Positions 49,836 through 63,114 of a stretch of 64,000 nt of DNA are shown here, in pieces. Below the pieces are notes generated by a model. It did not search any database and was not told the origin of the DNA. It saw only the letters and a list, made by a program, of their open reading frames with translations. Source of the stretch: Rhynchobatus australiae (lineage: Eukaryota); NCBI GenBank assembly GCA_034780895.1, contig JAUZTB010000064.1, forward strand, positions 21,500,847 to 21,564,846, given 5' to 3'. Every line of letters begins with the position of its first letter. The stretch's first letter is position 1. A program made the translations under genes and the position numbers.

Positions 49836-52393
49836 GTAATTTCAAAAGGGAGTAGCAGTATTTACATTAACCAAGTAATGCATCCATAAGGAAAAGGAGA
49901 AATGTGTGTTATGATTTGAGCTTGAAACTTGGGATAGAAGAAACGATGAGATACCTTCACAATGACATAAACCATCAGTATCAGTACACTTTAACGTAGC
50001 CCTGTCTGTATTGGATTGCTGTTTTCTCCCCCGTCATGGATGTCACTGATGAGACCCAGCATTTGATACTTTGTCCTAAAGTACCTCTCTGTTGTGCTAC
50101 TGCCTTTAACTGCAGTCCCTATTGGTAAAGGTGCTTCTTTAGTCGTGTTAGCTAGGGAATTCCTGGATTTGGAACCCAGCAGTGTATTTTCAAATTAGGG
50201 CAATGTTTAGCTCGGAGGATATCTTGCAGGAGCTGGTATTCCTGTGCACTTCATTGAATTTGTCCTTCCGGGTGNNNNNNNNNNNNNNNNNNNNNNNNNN
50301 NNNNNNNNNNNNNNNNNNNNNNNNNNNNNNNNNNNNNNNNNNNNNNNNNNNNNNNNNNNNNNNNNNNNNNNNNNNNNNNNNNNNNNNNNNNNNNNNNNNN
50401 NNNNNNNNNNNNNNNNNNNNNNNNNNNNNNNNNNNNNNNNNNNNNNNNNNNNNNNNNNNNNNNNNNNNNNNNNNNNNNNNNNNNNNNNNNNNNNNNNNNN
50501 NNNNNNNNNNNNNNNNNNNNNNNNNNNNNNNNNNNNNNNNNNNNNNNNNNNNNNNNNNNNNNNNNNNNNNNNNNNNNNNNNNNNNNNNNNNNNNNNNNNN
50601 NNNNNNNNNNNNNNNNNNNNNNNNNNNNNNNNNNNNNNNNNNNNNNNNNNNNNNNNNNNNNNNNNNNNNNNNNNNNNNNNNNNNNNNNNNNNNNNNNNNN
50701 NNNNNNNNNNNNNNNNNNNNNNNNNNNNNNNNNNNNNNNNNNNNNNNNNNNNNNNNNNNNGCTTGAATATATTGTTCATGTCTTGCTGTTTCAGTTCCTG
50801 GGTAATTCTGAATAGAACTGAGAACTCTCATTGGTGTACATCCCACGTTTTCCATTATGATAATAGGAAGGTCATTGCTGAAACAAATTAAAATATTTGA
50901 GTCTAGGGTAATGCCCTGGGTTGACATGATTGGCCCTGAACAACCATAACAGTATTTGTGGTGAATATCATTCCACTTAATGGAGAGTTGTGCCTGTACC
51001 CTAACCCTCTTTAATTTTATTAGGTCTCCTTGAATCTGTACTCAATCAAATACTATCTTGATATCACCTCTGGTATTAAGCAAGGATCTAATGAATTTTG
51101 AAGTTCAATGGCCCTGGCAGAACTTGGATAGCTGGTTTTCATTGAGTGAATCCTATATGATAACACAGGTTGTGACACCTGTCTCTCTTTAGTGATTGAG
51201 AGTAGTAAATTTGATTTGTCCAGTTACAGTGAGGAAAAATATTTAAAAGTTTACATCCAAATAGTCTGAAGAAAGTTAATTTATTAAAATAAATATCTTG
51301 TGTATTTAATTTTCACACATTTGCAACTTGCAGGTTCAGTTTCCTTTTATTTCAGGCTTAACACAATGGAAATAAATCAAGTTTTGTGTGTTACAACTAA
51401 GTTACTTGAACCTGGTTGTTGATGACAATGTTCTGATTTTTTTTTGCCTCCAGTGCCTGGTTAGTGGTAATAAATGATCTGTGTTTAAAGACAATCCTTC
51501 AATGATGCAAAAGCTAAATGCTGCAGATGGTAGCAATCAGAAGCTACTATATTCAGGTTAATGACCTTTCAGACCTGGTCAGTGTACTATTAAGAGAATT
51601 TGCAAGCACAAAAATGACTTTCTAGCTGAGAAAAGGGCAAAGAGCAATTTGTCAAAAGTCGGTGAATTCAATTGTGAAATTGTTTTCCTCTTTTTAAATA
51701 GTATCAGAAACCAGTTGGGCCAATTCAAATGATCATCACCCTCAACCCCAGCACACTTCACTCTTAATGTTTCAGTTGTTTATTGTACAAAAGGCTGAAA
51801 ATGGTACCTCTTAAAATCAGTGCGTTCTTAATTTTAATAATACCAATTAAAGAGCCCAGATTTTCCATATTTTGCATGTGAGATATTATTATAGTTGCCA
51901 TCTTTTGTACATTTTGTTTTTCTGGTGTTGTTCACTGTTGCTGAGGAGAAGGTCAAAGGAATAGCTTGCCTGCAGACTATCTTATATTATTGAAACTGGT
52001 TTTTGGATGCTATGCAAGGCTGTGGTTATAAATATTTATGTTGAAGGAAATGTATTATTATCATTCTTGCTTCTCAGGTTTGCCATATTCGGTAAAGCAT
52101 TTAATCTTTAAGTACACTTTTTATGTCAGCAGACTTTTGACACTATTTTACTATAACAGTTTTAAAACATTCAAACTTTGTCATGTATTTGGCCCTGGTA
52201 GTTTATAAGAAATGGGTTTGGCACTGGCATGGTGCCATTTAAATTCACAGAAATTCCCAAAATCAGCTTGGGTATTGATACTGTTTATGTTATCCAATTG
52301 ATGAAATAGGTCATTATTTTCTTAATGTTACTTTTGTATTGCAACATAACAAGCTTATTAAAATAGAATTTGTGTTTTTCCTCTTGTGTTTAG

Positions 52394-52531
52394 ACATCAT
52401 TTGATGGACAACAGGAGTCGGGAGATGAAAGTGCAGATGAGACTCCAACGGAGGTTTCATCTGTATCATCCAAAAAATCCCAAGGAGAACGAGGGGGCAG
52501 TGGTGCAGCTAGGAAAGAAGGAGTTTGTCAG
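52394..52531 (+). CDS. NSD2: NSD2 coding exon 10 (leads into PHD1)
   Basis: Acceptor gtttag|. Reads TSFDGQQESGDESADETPTEVSSVSSKKSQGERGGSGAARKEGVCQ. Donor CAG|GTGAGA; 138 nt. Confidence 0.93.
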
Positions 52532-54082
52532 GTGAGAAGGACCTCAAGCATACATACAGTACAAAGAAATAGAGCTGTTCGATCACGTGATCAATTTAAT
52601 TCATGATCAAGAAAGAAAATCTAGAATCATGAATACTGCAGATGTGAAAGCATTCCATCCGTCTTTCTGACTTGAGATTAAAACTATTGATCGCTGGATA
52701 TTTTTATGTGCTTGACTTCTTATGAATAAAGAAACTGGCTCCCTATTTGTGTGCGTTTTTTAATTTTTTTATATATATTAGACAGTGATTATAGGTACCT
52801 TCGCTCATGTTGTGATCTGTTATCTGAACAGTTTGAAGTTACTTTGGTGTGCTTTATGCAGAATTAAAATTAATCCTCAGAAGATTCCAGTGTCTCCTGT
52901 TGGTATTGTCAGTATGATTAATATGGACAGTAAAACACTTTTTCAATGGCTTAAAAATGCATTTTCTGCCACAGAAAATTTAAGAAGAGTGGAAGCTAAG
53001 TTACTTCAAATATGGAACAGAAACTATTTAAAATTTGGGGCTTCATTGTAAGGCACCATTTCACACAAGTATTAGCCACTATGTTGGCTGATTTCATGCA
53101 TGTTGCATTGGATAATGTGTGTAAAGTAATCGTGTGGAGAAAGCCTTGTATTTTTACCAGGGTTACATGTTTAGATTTGACTGCAGAGATGCTTGGTTTG
53201 GTAGGGCTGCTCTTGCCTTTAGACTTGGACACCAAAATATTTGCTTTTCCTGAAGTAAATCTTTGAACAATTTCATCAATGATACTTGGAGGATTACAAA
53301 TGTAATGTAAAGTTGCTTGTTTCTGCTTTCCTTTAGGTGCACTGTATTACTTCTAAGAATAAGATTAACCTTCACAATCCAAATGTTCAGTCTTTTGCAT
53401 AATCATTTGGTGTAGGTCCTTAGCTTTGGGTTTATGCATTTTTTGAGCTTGTGCACAAAAGTGTTTAACAAATCTATAGGACATAATATAAATAAACACT
53501 AAATGTGAATTAACAGCAAGGTGAAAGAATAAGTTTCTGTACTTTTTCAAAGAAAAATGAGAGGGCAATGGATTCCTTGCTGGTCTCCTTGCTTGTCCTC
53601 TTCTGCCTTGTCTTTTGTCAAAAAGAACTGAAGATTGCCATGTGGGGTTACTGTATTTGGGCTCGGAAAGGGGGCGGTAGTGTGGTTCTGGCTGAATCTC
53701 TTAAAGGGACAGGCATCCTTAGTGATTTTCCAGTTGGTATGCTGACCTCACCCAAGGTATGTGGAGGACAACTTCTTTTGAAGATTGAGGAATACTGCAC
53801 CTAAAGGTGAGTAATCTGTCTTTCTTCTTAGTCTATGTAAATTTTTTAAGCTTAATTTACTTTGCAGCTGAGATATGGTAGAGAGAAAGTGATTTTTTTT
53901 AAAATTTCTCATGTTGTGATAGTCTACAAACTTCTGAATAATGTAGGAATGGCATACACAATTCATTCAAAAGTAAATTTGGATTGCACACCTTTTTCAA
54001 GCATGAAGGTTTAAAAATAAATGAATTTGAGCTGTTTGTTAACTTTTCCACCAGCTGATGTGTAATTTTTTTCCATTTCCAG

Positions 54083-54206
54083 GTNNNNNNNNNNNNNNNN
54101 NNNNNGCTCTTTTGTGAGGGACAGTGTTGTGGGGCATTCCACTTGGCTTGTCTTGGGCGGTCTAAATTACCTCAAGGCAAATTTATGTGTAGGGAATGCA
54201 CATCAG
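54083..54206 (+). CDS. NSD2: NSD2 coding exon 11 (PHD1; 5' part interrupted by about 21 N)
   Basis: Acceptor tttccag|GT, then N, then [34 protein letters not shown]. Donor CAG|GTAACA; 124 nt, phase 0 to 1. Confidence 0.92.
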
Positions 54207-56421
54207 GTAACATGCATTTATTTTTATTATAAATACCATTGCTCTCTCAAAATGAATAAGATTATCCACATTCTTGCCTTAGTTTTAAAATCTGAATCCA
54301 TGTAATCCAAATCAAATTTGGAATGGTTTTAGATATTTCAAATTCAATGAACATATATGAAATGATTTTTCTTTCTTTGTTGCTATAATGTACTCTATTA
54401 ACAGTTCATCAGTGAGCTTCTTCACTGCATGTGTTGTTCATCCCAAAATAGATATTCAGTAGTTTTCCTGACTGGGGAATTACCAATTTAGTTATAGTCT
54501 TCATTTAAAAACAACATGTGAAATTTACTTAGCCAAAACCCTGATAAGTTAGGCACAGGTATTTAATTAATTTTCTTTTAATAATTATTAAGTTGCAATT
54601 AACAAGAAAAGTAGACAATTACTGAAGATCTGAAACAAAAACATAAACCNNNNNNNNNNNNNNNNNNNNNNNNNNNNNNNNNNNNNNNNNNNNNNNNNNN
54701 NNNNNNNNNNNNNNNNNNNNNNNNNNNNNNNNNNNNNNNNNNNNNNNNNNNNNNNNNNNNNNNNNNNNNNNNNNNNNNNNNNCCCTGACCTGCTGAGTGT
54801 TTCCAGCATTTTCTATTTTTGCTTTGATATAATTACTAAATGGATTGCAGAACTGAACAATTTTCAGTTTAAAATTACCACATGCAGTCCTTTATATATT
54901 TTGAACTTAGCAAGATCTAATTTTGGTCAAAGTTTTTATACTTCCATTATTAAACTGTTCAAGTTTTTATAATGTAAGATTTTACACATTTGGCTAGTGC
55001 TTTTTTGTGGTTAATTTCAATGACAAACAGGAAAATCTACCTTGATAGAGAACTTGTTAATGTCAACTGCATCTTTTGGATGTTGAGCAGACCTGTTGCA
55101 AAAATGTTGCACATCTGCATTGCTTACTGTTCACTTCAACTTTATTTCAGATTTTTTCACCTTTTTAGCTTTTATATATTGTAATCTGCAGCAGTGGGTG
55201 CTTATTCATTGACTATTCACTCTCAATTCATGGAACAAGTTGTGACATGGTACTATGATAATTTTCACTTGGAATCCCGATGTTCACTGAAACTATTCTT
55301 GTACTAAACTAGTTTAGACTTTCAAATGTAGTCATAATTTCTTTTGGCTACAGAAGAAAACTCTCATTTCTTGGTTTAAAATTAATTTACAGTGTGGGTA
55401 GATATAATACAATTAAGGTTAAGATGTCATAGTTGTTATCTGTGTCCCGAGCCTCAAAACGTGTTACAGCCAGATACTGGAGGAATTAGAGAAGAAAGCT
55501 TTTCATAAAAGTCCATTCACTATTTAGATGTCAGAAATGGTAACTAGTGGTTACTGTAATTTTAACTTGGTGTCTCAAAGAATAACATGCCATTTCCTTC
55601 ATTTTGTTTCTATCATCCATATTCTAGCTTTTGATTAAAAAGGTTTGTTTAGTGTACCAGCTTTTGTGTATTTCTAGCTGCAAAGTGAACAACAGTTGAA
55701 GTTATCACCAACATGCTGACTTGCCTGGAATTCTGAATCCTCATGCTCTTTTGAATTTATTTGTGTCCTCTGCCTCATTAATTCAGCGGTTTATTTTGTT
55801 GATCATTGTGCACTAACTCAAATATGCCACACAAGGCAATGTACCAGCCTTGTATTTCTTGGTTATTATTTGAATTCTTGAACTTGAGCGATACTCTGAC
55901 AAATGAGGCATAAATCGAACATTGAAAGGGCATATGTTTACTCCAGCATTATCTCGGGATTCAACATTGTCCACTTAGTCACTGAGTAGAGTTTGCTGGT
56001 ATTGGTACAATGTTTGAGTAGCCCACAGTTCCAATGAGGTAATTCCACAGCTCCAATCATTACTTCCAACCATTGTTGGTCAAAGAACTAGTTGTATATG
56101 ATTTAAGTGAATAACTTGCATTTATCTGCCTTACTAAAAGTAGTATTTGGTGCATTTGTGAATCCAGTAATTTTCCAATTAACATCTTTGGATTTTGAGT
56201 TGATCAATTTTTTAAAAATCTATTCATGTGACTTTACTAGGCATTTTAACCTTACCAAGAGCTACAAAAGATCCTGATTCAATATAATAATCATTTTTTA
56301 AAAATCTATAAGATGTTTTAAGTTAATATAATACACTGTTTAACTGTGTGCATAGACTAGCTTGAAAAACATTCGGTGATTTTTGAGTTGGTCTTTTTCT
56401 TTACGTATGTGTTTTGTGCAG

Positions 56422-56622
56422 GTGTTCACACTTGTTTTGTTTGCAAGAAGAATGGGCCTGATGTTAAGCGTTGTATTGTTCCTCTGTGTGGTAAGTTCTA
56501 CCACGAAGACTGTGCAAGAAAGTACCCTCCAACAGTATTCGAAAACAAGAGATTCCGATGTCCCCTGCATACTTGCATCAGCTGCCATGCCACAAATCCT
56601 TCCAACCCCAGGCCAACAAAAG
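56422..56622 (+). CDS. NSD2: NSD2 coding exon 12 (PHD2)
   Basis: Reads (G)[67 protein letters not shown]. Borders gtgcag| and AAG|GTGCAA; 201 nt. Confidence 0.96.
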
Positions 56623-56879
56623 GTGCAAAATCTCTTGGATAAAATCAAATTCCTTTAAAGTACAGATTATTGAAATGTAAAATTATTTGCCAGTATATAA
56701 ATTTAATTGGGTTTGGAATATCATGGTATATAATACTTTTAAATGAAAGCTAATATGTTGCTCTTGCAACATAAAACCCAAGTAAGTTCTTTTTAAGTTT
56801 TTTTTTTGAATTGTGCATCTCAATATGATATTGTACATCATGCCTGCACGTTTTTAAAAAAAAAATCTTTTAATGCATG

Positions 56880-58050
56880 GCTTGGTTTGTTCTTGTTCAT
56901 CCAATTTGTGCTTTTGAATATGAGGGATAACATTTCCAAATAAGTGGGAAATCGTTAACGATCAGACCACCCTCAGGAGTTCAATGTGGGGAGAGTATTA
57001 TCACAGATGTATATAAATGATTTGGAACTGTGAACTATATGCAGCAGTCTAAAATTTAATCATACAAAATGATGAGGGGAATTATGATCACAAAACACCA
57101 TTAAGGACAGTTTAGCATTGAAAATGGTAGCATATAGATCAAGTAACTTGAATCTGGTAATTTGAATTAAGTATCTGAAGTAATGGAGAAACTATTGACA
57201 CCAGAAATGTTGAGGGAGACTTCAGGTCTTAAAAAGGTTGAATAAGTTGAACATCATCAATTTGTTTGATAGTCACGAGTTTAAGCTTGAGAGAAGGCTG
57301 TCAGATAGTTTAGGTTTAATTACTTTACAAAGTGGTTTTTAACCCAGACTGTCAAAGATGAAGGCAGACTCTGTGGATAGGTTCTGGAAGGAACTGTATA
57401 GGTATTTGGCAGGTAAGACAGAATGTGAGTGATAAAGCTAATGAATGTATAATGTTTCCTAAGATGTGTCACAGATGTGATTCAGATATGAGGCTTAGGT
57501 GGAAAAGGGAAAGGTAGATAGTAAAGAATGTATTAAGTAAGATAAATCTTAAGAGGGTTTTTGAGTGCACAATAAGATGTGACAAGTTGAAGTGTCTTGG
57601 AGAGTAATTTGCAGTATGTGAAGGCAAACTGTTTAAAACTGCCACAGTATTGGCCTAGAAAGAGAAGGAATTCAAACAGACAGGATTGGAAAATTGCAAG
57701 GTCATGACATGGATTTAAAGGTTATAAGTGTAGAGATTGTGAATGATGGGGTATCAAAAATGTGGGTGTCAAAACAGGCATAGGTTTACGGTGAGAGGAA
57801 GGAGTTTTAAAGGGGATTTGAGGGATAGTTATTTTTACTGAGGGTGATTTGATATTTGGAACTTGCTGCCACAGGAGGTAGGAAGCAATAACATTTAAGA
57901 GACAATTAGATGGCACTAAAATAGGCAAGGCACAGAAGGATACTAGTAGGGGCAAATGAGATTAGTATAGATGGACAAAAGGTTGGCATGGATATGGTGG
58001 GCTGAAGGGGATGTTTCTGTTACCTACAATTCTGTGACTCTGTATGACAC
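56880..58050 (+). mobile_element. Stacked old CR1 fragments, with a younger CR1 tail at 57770-58045
   Basis: YINDLE and ML.GDF...IKGL remnants; tail GGTGGGCTGAAGGG...TTTCTGT. Confidence 0.5.
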
Positions 58051-58849
58051 AGACTAAGTGATAGAAAAAGATTTTGTAAACACTTAATCCCTGTAGTAGA
58101 ATTCTAGATATTTTTTCTTATTTCTGTGGTGTGGAGTTTTGTTGGTGTTTAAGTGAATAGTGGAAAAGATGAGTCTAGAGCTGTTTTAGAATTGGAAATG
58201 GTAACGCTGGTGGTGAACTGGATACATAGTTCTAAATGAGCAGATCAGATGTCTGAAAACTTTTTGTTTGAGCAGACATTTAGGTTTGGATTGAGGGTTT
58301 AACACAGATTTCTATCTCGAATCCCTGAATAATGATTCAGTCAAACCTAAGTTTTATCTTTGAAGAAAAATTAATTGTGGGNNNNNNNNNNNNNNNNNNN
58401 NNNNNNNNNNNNNNNNNNNNNNNNNNNNNNNNNNNNNNNNNNNNNNNNNNNNNNNNNNNNNNNNNNNNNNNNNNNNNNNNNGGATACTTCCAGCACTATT
58501 TTAAATAGATGCCTCTAAAATATGATGACTTAGCTTGATTGGTTAGGTGAGGAATGGGAATTGCATAGCTGAAGTGTAATTCCTTGTAATAACCTTGTAA
58601 TATTTATTGACGTATATCCTAAAACACCATTTCCAACAAATTTGGGGTTTAATTTTTAAATTAATTTTCAAGAGCTGAGAACATACACTAGTTAAATGGG
58701 ATAAATGCTTCTGTAATCTGATGAGGGAATGCTGTAACACTGACATGGCACAATATCAGCAAAGATATAAATTTAGGTTTATTGTGCTGTACATGGGGAA
58801 TTATTTTTTTAATCACCTTTCATAAACTTGTAAGGAGGAAATTCTCTTG

Positions 58850-60000
58850 TAAAGCTCAGCTGATTCACTTGTAAGACAATTATTTTTTTTCTTAAGAGGG
58901 AAATCTGGAAAATCTGCCAGTTACAGCGTCAAAGATATAGGTGAATGGTTGATGTAGTTCATTTGGATTCAGAAGGCCCTCCAATGAGCTTACCCCACAA
59001 AAGATTATTAAGCATGTGTTAGGGGTAATATACTAGTGATATGTGGAGGAAAATTGGTTGAAGACTGTTACCAATAGTGGTCTTGGGATACAAATAGACT
59101 AGATTCGAAAATTGAAGAGTCATGATGGGCTCAGAGGGTTGCAATCTGGGAAGGAAGAAAGATGCAAAGATTGGTGACAATTGGACTGTGAGGAGGATGC
59201 AGAAAGGCTTCAGAGGAATATATACAAGCTAGATGACTAGATGAAGACATGACAAATGGCATATAATAATATAGAAAAAATGTGANNNNNNNNNNNNNNN
59301 NNNNNNNNNNNNNNNNNNNNNNNNNNNNNNNNNNNNNNNNNNNNNNNNNNNNNNNNNNNNNNNNNNNNNNNNNNNNNNNNNNNNNNNNNNNNNNNNNNNN
59401 NNNNNNNNNNNNNNNNNNNNNNNNNNNNNNNNNNNNNNNNNNNNNNNNNNNNNNNNNNNNNNNNNNNNNNNNNNNNNNNNNNNNNNNNNNNNNNNNNNNN
59501 NNNNNNNNNNNNNNNNNNNTCCGGGCGCTCCGGTTTCCTCCCACATTCCAAAGATGTATGGGTAGGTTAATATGGGTTTAAATTGGGCGGCCCGGACTCA
59601 TTGGGCTGAAAGGGCCTGTTACCACGCTGTAAATAAAATTTAAAATTTAAGGACAAGGGGTGACACAGCGAAATAATATGCAAAATTCTTATGAGGCTTA
59701 TCAAGGCTAGATCCAAAGTTGATGTTTATCCTGGCTGCAATGCCTAGAAATGTGTGTGAGATATTTGCAAGANNNNNNNNNNTGATGAAAAGAAATGTCT
59801 TCACCCAGAGCATAGTAAATTTTTGGAATCCTCTTCCTAAAAGGGCTGTGAAGGCTTAATCATAACGTGTATAGAAGAAGGTGATTCATAGATTTTTAGA
59901 TATTAAGCAAATCAAGGGATATGGGGTTAGTTCAGGAAAGTGGGTTTGAGATAAAAGAGCATTTGTGAACTTGAAAGGAAGAGAAGGGATGGCTGCCTTA
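58850..60000 (+). mobile_element. Old CR1 fragments interrupted by a V-SINE (59520-59650) and gaps
   Basis: TTGGATTCAGAAGGCC (LDFQKA) and GAGGATGCAGAAAGGCTTCAG; SINE core CCGGGCGCTCCGGTTTCCTCCCACATTCCAAAGA. Confidence 0.55.
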
Positions 60001-60432
60001 GGTTTTTTTTACTACTTTTCAGGTATACAACTTTTGTCATTGAATATGGAAAACCTTGTAACTTTTTTACTTCCAAAATTATTTTCTCTTATATTACTGA
60101 TTGGGTTTCATTAGAAGACATCAGAAAATTATTGAAATCAAAATAGAAAGCTTTTAATTAGTGATTAAACATGTGTTTGTTTTGTTTAAATAGTGAAGTT
60201 AAAGTTTTTAAAAGGCTGATATTTAATTGCTTGAAACTCCAGAGAATACTGTACATCAGTAACAACCAGTAGAACAAGGAGATTTTTGGTGGGGTAGATT
60301 ACCAAATTGTTTTTGGGGAAAAATCTTTTAAGTAATAAGATTTCTGCATGCATTTACTGAAAGTGTGGAGAAATTTTTAATTTAAAAAAAATTGCTATTT
60401 CATTTAAAGGATAATAAGTTCTCTATTACCAG

Positions 60433-60612
60433 GGCGAATGATGCGCTGTGTTCGGTGTCCTGTGGCCTATCATGGAGGGGAGACCTGTATTGCAGCAGGG
60501 TCTGTGATTCTGACAGCCAACAGTATTATTTGCACCAATCATTTTTCTCCAAAGAAGGGTTACAGACATCATGCTCATGTCAATGTCAGCTGGTGCTTTG
60601 TCTGTTCAAGAG
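60433..60612 (+). CDS. NSD2: NSD2 coding exon 13 (PHD2-PHD3 region); gene continues beyond the window
   Basis: Reads (G)[60 protein letters not shown]. Borders ttaccag| and GAG|GTTAGT; 180 nt. Confidence 0.96.
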
Positions 60613-61539
60613 GTTAGTTTGAGATTTTTTTTTCCTTTATTTCCTGAGGTGACTTATATCAATTGCATTATTATTATACCATGAAACCAGTGCCATTCTG
60701 CCTGTCCAGCCTATACTTTATGAAAGAGCAAGTTGGCTCATCCCATTTCTCTTTCCCTTCCCCCNNNNNNNNNNNNNNNNNNNNNNNNNNNNNNNNNNNN
60801 NNNNNNNNNNNNNNNNNNNNNNNNNNNNNNNNNNNNNNNNNNNNNNNNNNNNNNNNNNNNNNNNNNNNNNNNNNNNNNNNNNNNNNNNNNNNNNNNNNNN
60901 NNNNNNNNNNNNNNNNNNNNNNNNNNNNNNNNNNNNNNNNNNNNNNNNNNNNNNNNNNNNNNNNNNNNNNNNNNNNNNNNNNNNNNNNNNNNNNNNNNNN
61001 NNNNNNNNNNNNNNNNNNNNNNNNNNNNNNNNNNNNNNNNNNNNNNNNNNNNNNNNNNNNNNNNNNNNNNNNNNNNNNNNNNNNNNNNNNNNNNNNNNNN
61101 NNNNNNNNNNNNNNGATCATGATCCATAGCCAGAAGGTGTGGTTCTTCAAGTCCCCCTCCAGGTACTTTATAAATAAGGTGGTGATGTCCACCACCACCT
61201 CCATTCATTGAGGGAGAATTTTTCTTGACTCCACTCTCATCCTTCTGTCGGCTAACTTAAATCTATGCTCCTTTGTAAATAGCCTTTCTACTATTGGAAA
61301 TAGTTCTTTGCTGCTTGCTCTTGTTTTAGCCGCTCGTGATTTTGAAAACCTTAATTAAATCAACAAATTAAGATGCAAAACTTCAAAGGAAATAAATCCT
61401 GGATTATTAATCTGGCCACTTGCATGTTGGTATAGGGTAAATAAGATTTTAAAAAGTAATGAATGGTTTAGGAACTAGTGTAGTGGAAGTTGGTCTGGTT
61501 CATTGAGCACTGGCACCAGTAGTGAATGAAGTGGAAGCC

Positions 61540-63110
61540 AAACCTCTGAGACAGAGGGGTTGAAGTCCTTGTGAGCTACTTAAGGAGGGAAGGAAACGAA
61601 TTTTAAACTGAATAATAGGAGCAAGGGATCAGAATTGGCAATATGTGATAAATCCAAGTGGAGACAAGAATATAGAGAAGTAATAAACAGACTGTGACAG
61701 GAAGATAAAAAGAGTACTAATCTTAACCAGCAGTCAAGGCCAGAAATACAAATAGAAAGAAAGGTCAAAACTAAAGGCTTTGTATTTGAGTGCACTTGAA
61801 ACAAACAGAATTAAGTATGATTTAATAGCTGCAACAGAAAAACAGCTGCAAAGAGACATGTGTTGGGACCCAAATATTGAAGAGGATATGATATTTTGGA
61901 AGGACAGGAAGCTAGGAATAGATGGAAGAATAGCTGAGTTAATTAATGATGGTCAGTGAATAAAGTGGGATTATCTGAGTTGAGGAAATTAGGATGTAGA
62001 AGCGTTGAGTGGAGATGAGGACTAATCAAAACGGTCCCCTAAAAGCAGCCACATAGTTGGATGGAGTAAAAGGGAAGGAAAAAGGAGCTGCCTACAACTG
62101 GCAAGAATCATGGAAAACATTAAGCTACGTTCAACTGGAATATTCAGGTGTGCGTAGATAAGAGTTCATCCTACTTTCAGAGTTTCTTTAGAACAGCACA
62201 TTCTGGAGTCAACCAGAGGGCAAGCTAGAANNNNNNNNNNATATAAAAACAAAATTCTGGAAACACTCAGTAGGTCACGTAGCATCTGTGTAAGAAAAGC
62301 AGGTTTAACACTTCAGATTCAAGACTCCTCATCAGTGTACTAGGCATGGCATTGTGTCAGGAGATAGGAATATCTTCACAAAAAAGTTGTTGGTTGATTC
62401 TAGTGACGGCAATCATAATATGATTGAATTTTGCATTTAGTTTGAGGGAGTGAAGAATGAGTCAAGACTATTTTAAATTTAAGTAAGGGCAATCGTGAGT
62501 AAGCGGAAGTTGGGACTAGCTAAAGTGAACTGGTAAATTGCCTAGGGGACCAGTTGGTCAAGATGCAATTTAAAACACTTCAGATCTTTTAGAATACACA
62601 AAATAGATTCATCCCAATGAGGGGAAAAAGTAATTTAAGGGGAGAAAAAGGGATGACTTGTTTTTTAAGGTGCAAACTCACCATGAAGAGTTAACTAAAG
62701 TTAAAGATACAGTGTCAAACTTGGCAGATGAAAAGATTGTACAAAGATGAAAGGTTCTCTCTTTTTAAAAAAAACAAAAGAATTAGTACAAGTTAAAGCT
62801 AGATAGATATAAAACCATATATCAAGTGTTTTTATAATTAATTGAAGGAGAAAAGGGTTAAAGTGAATGTTGGTCCTTTCGAAAGCAAATCTAGGACATC
62901 AATAATGGAAAAGAAGATGGCAGATAAATTAGAAGATACAAGTAACATCCCAGAAATAGCTCTAAATATGAATTTGAAATGGGGATAGGAACTTGGGAAA
63001 GCAACATCAACCGGAGAAATAATACTGAGCAAATTGTTGGTGATGCTGGTAGGCATGTCTCAGATATTAATGTCTTCATCCTTGGGTCTTAAAAGAAGTG
63101 ATTCTGAGAT
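61540..63110 (+). mobile_element. Decayed CR1 ORF2 (endonuclease to RT linker), interrupted by a Penelope-type repeat at 62240-62340
   Basis: LYLSA..K, YDLIAATE, LNIE.Y.IF.KDR and SD.N.IEF remnants of an APE endonuclease. Confidence 0.55.
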
Positions 63111-63114
63111 AGCT

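Noticed and set aside
50150-50200. FLDLEPSSVFSN* as a homolog of the human MMSET-I terminal peptide
   Set aside because: Lies inside a common interspersed repeat (related copies at about 410-760, 21315 and 37380); the resemblance is superficial.
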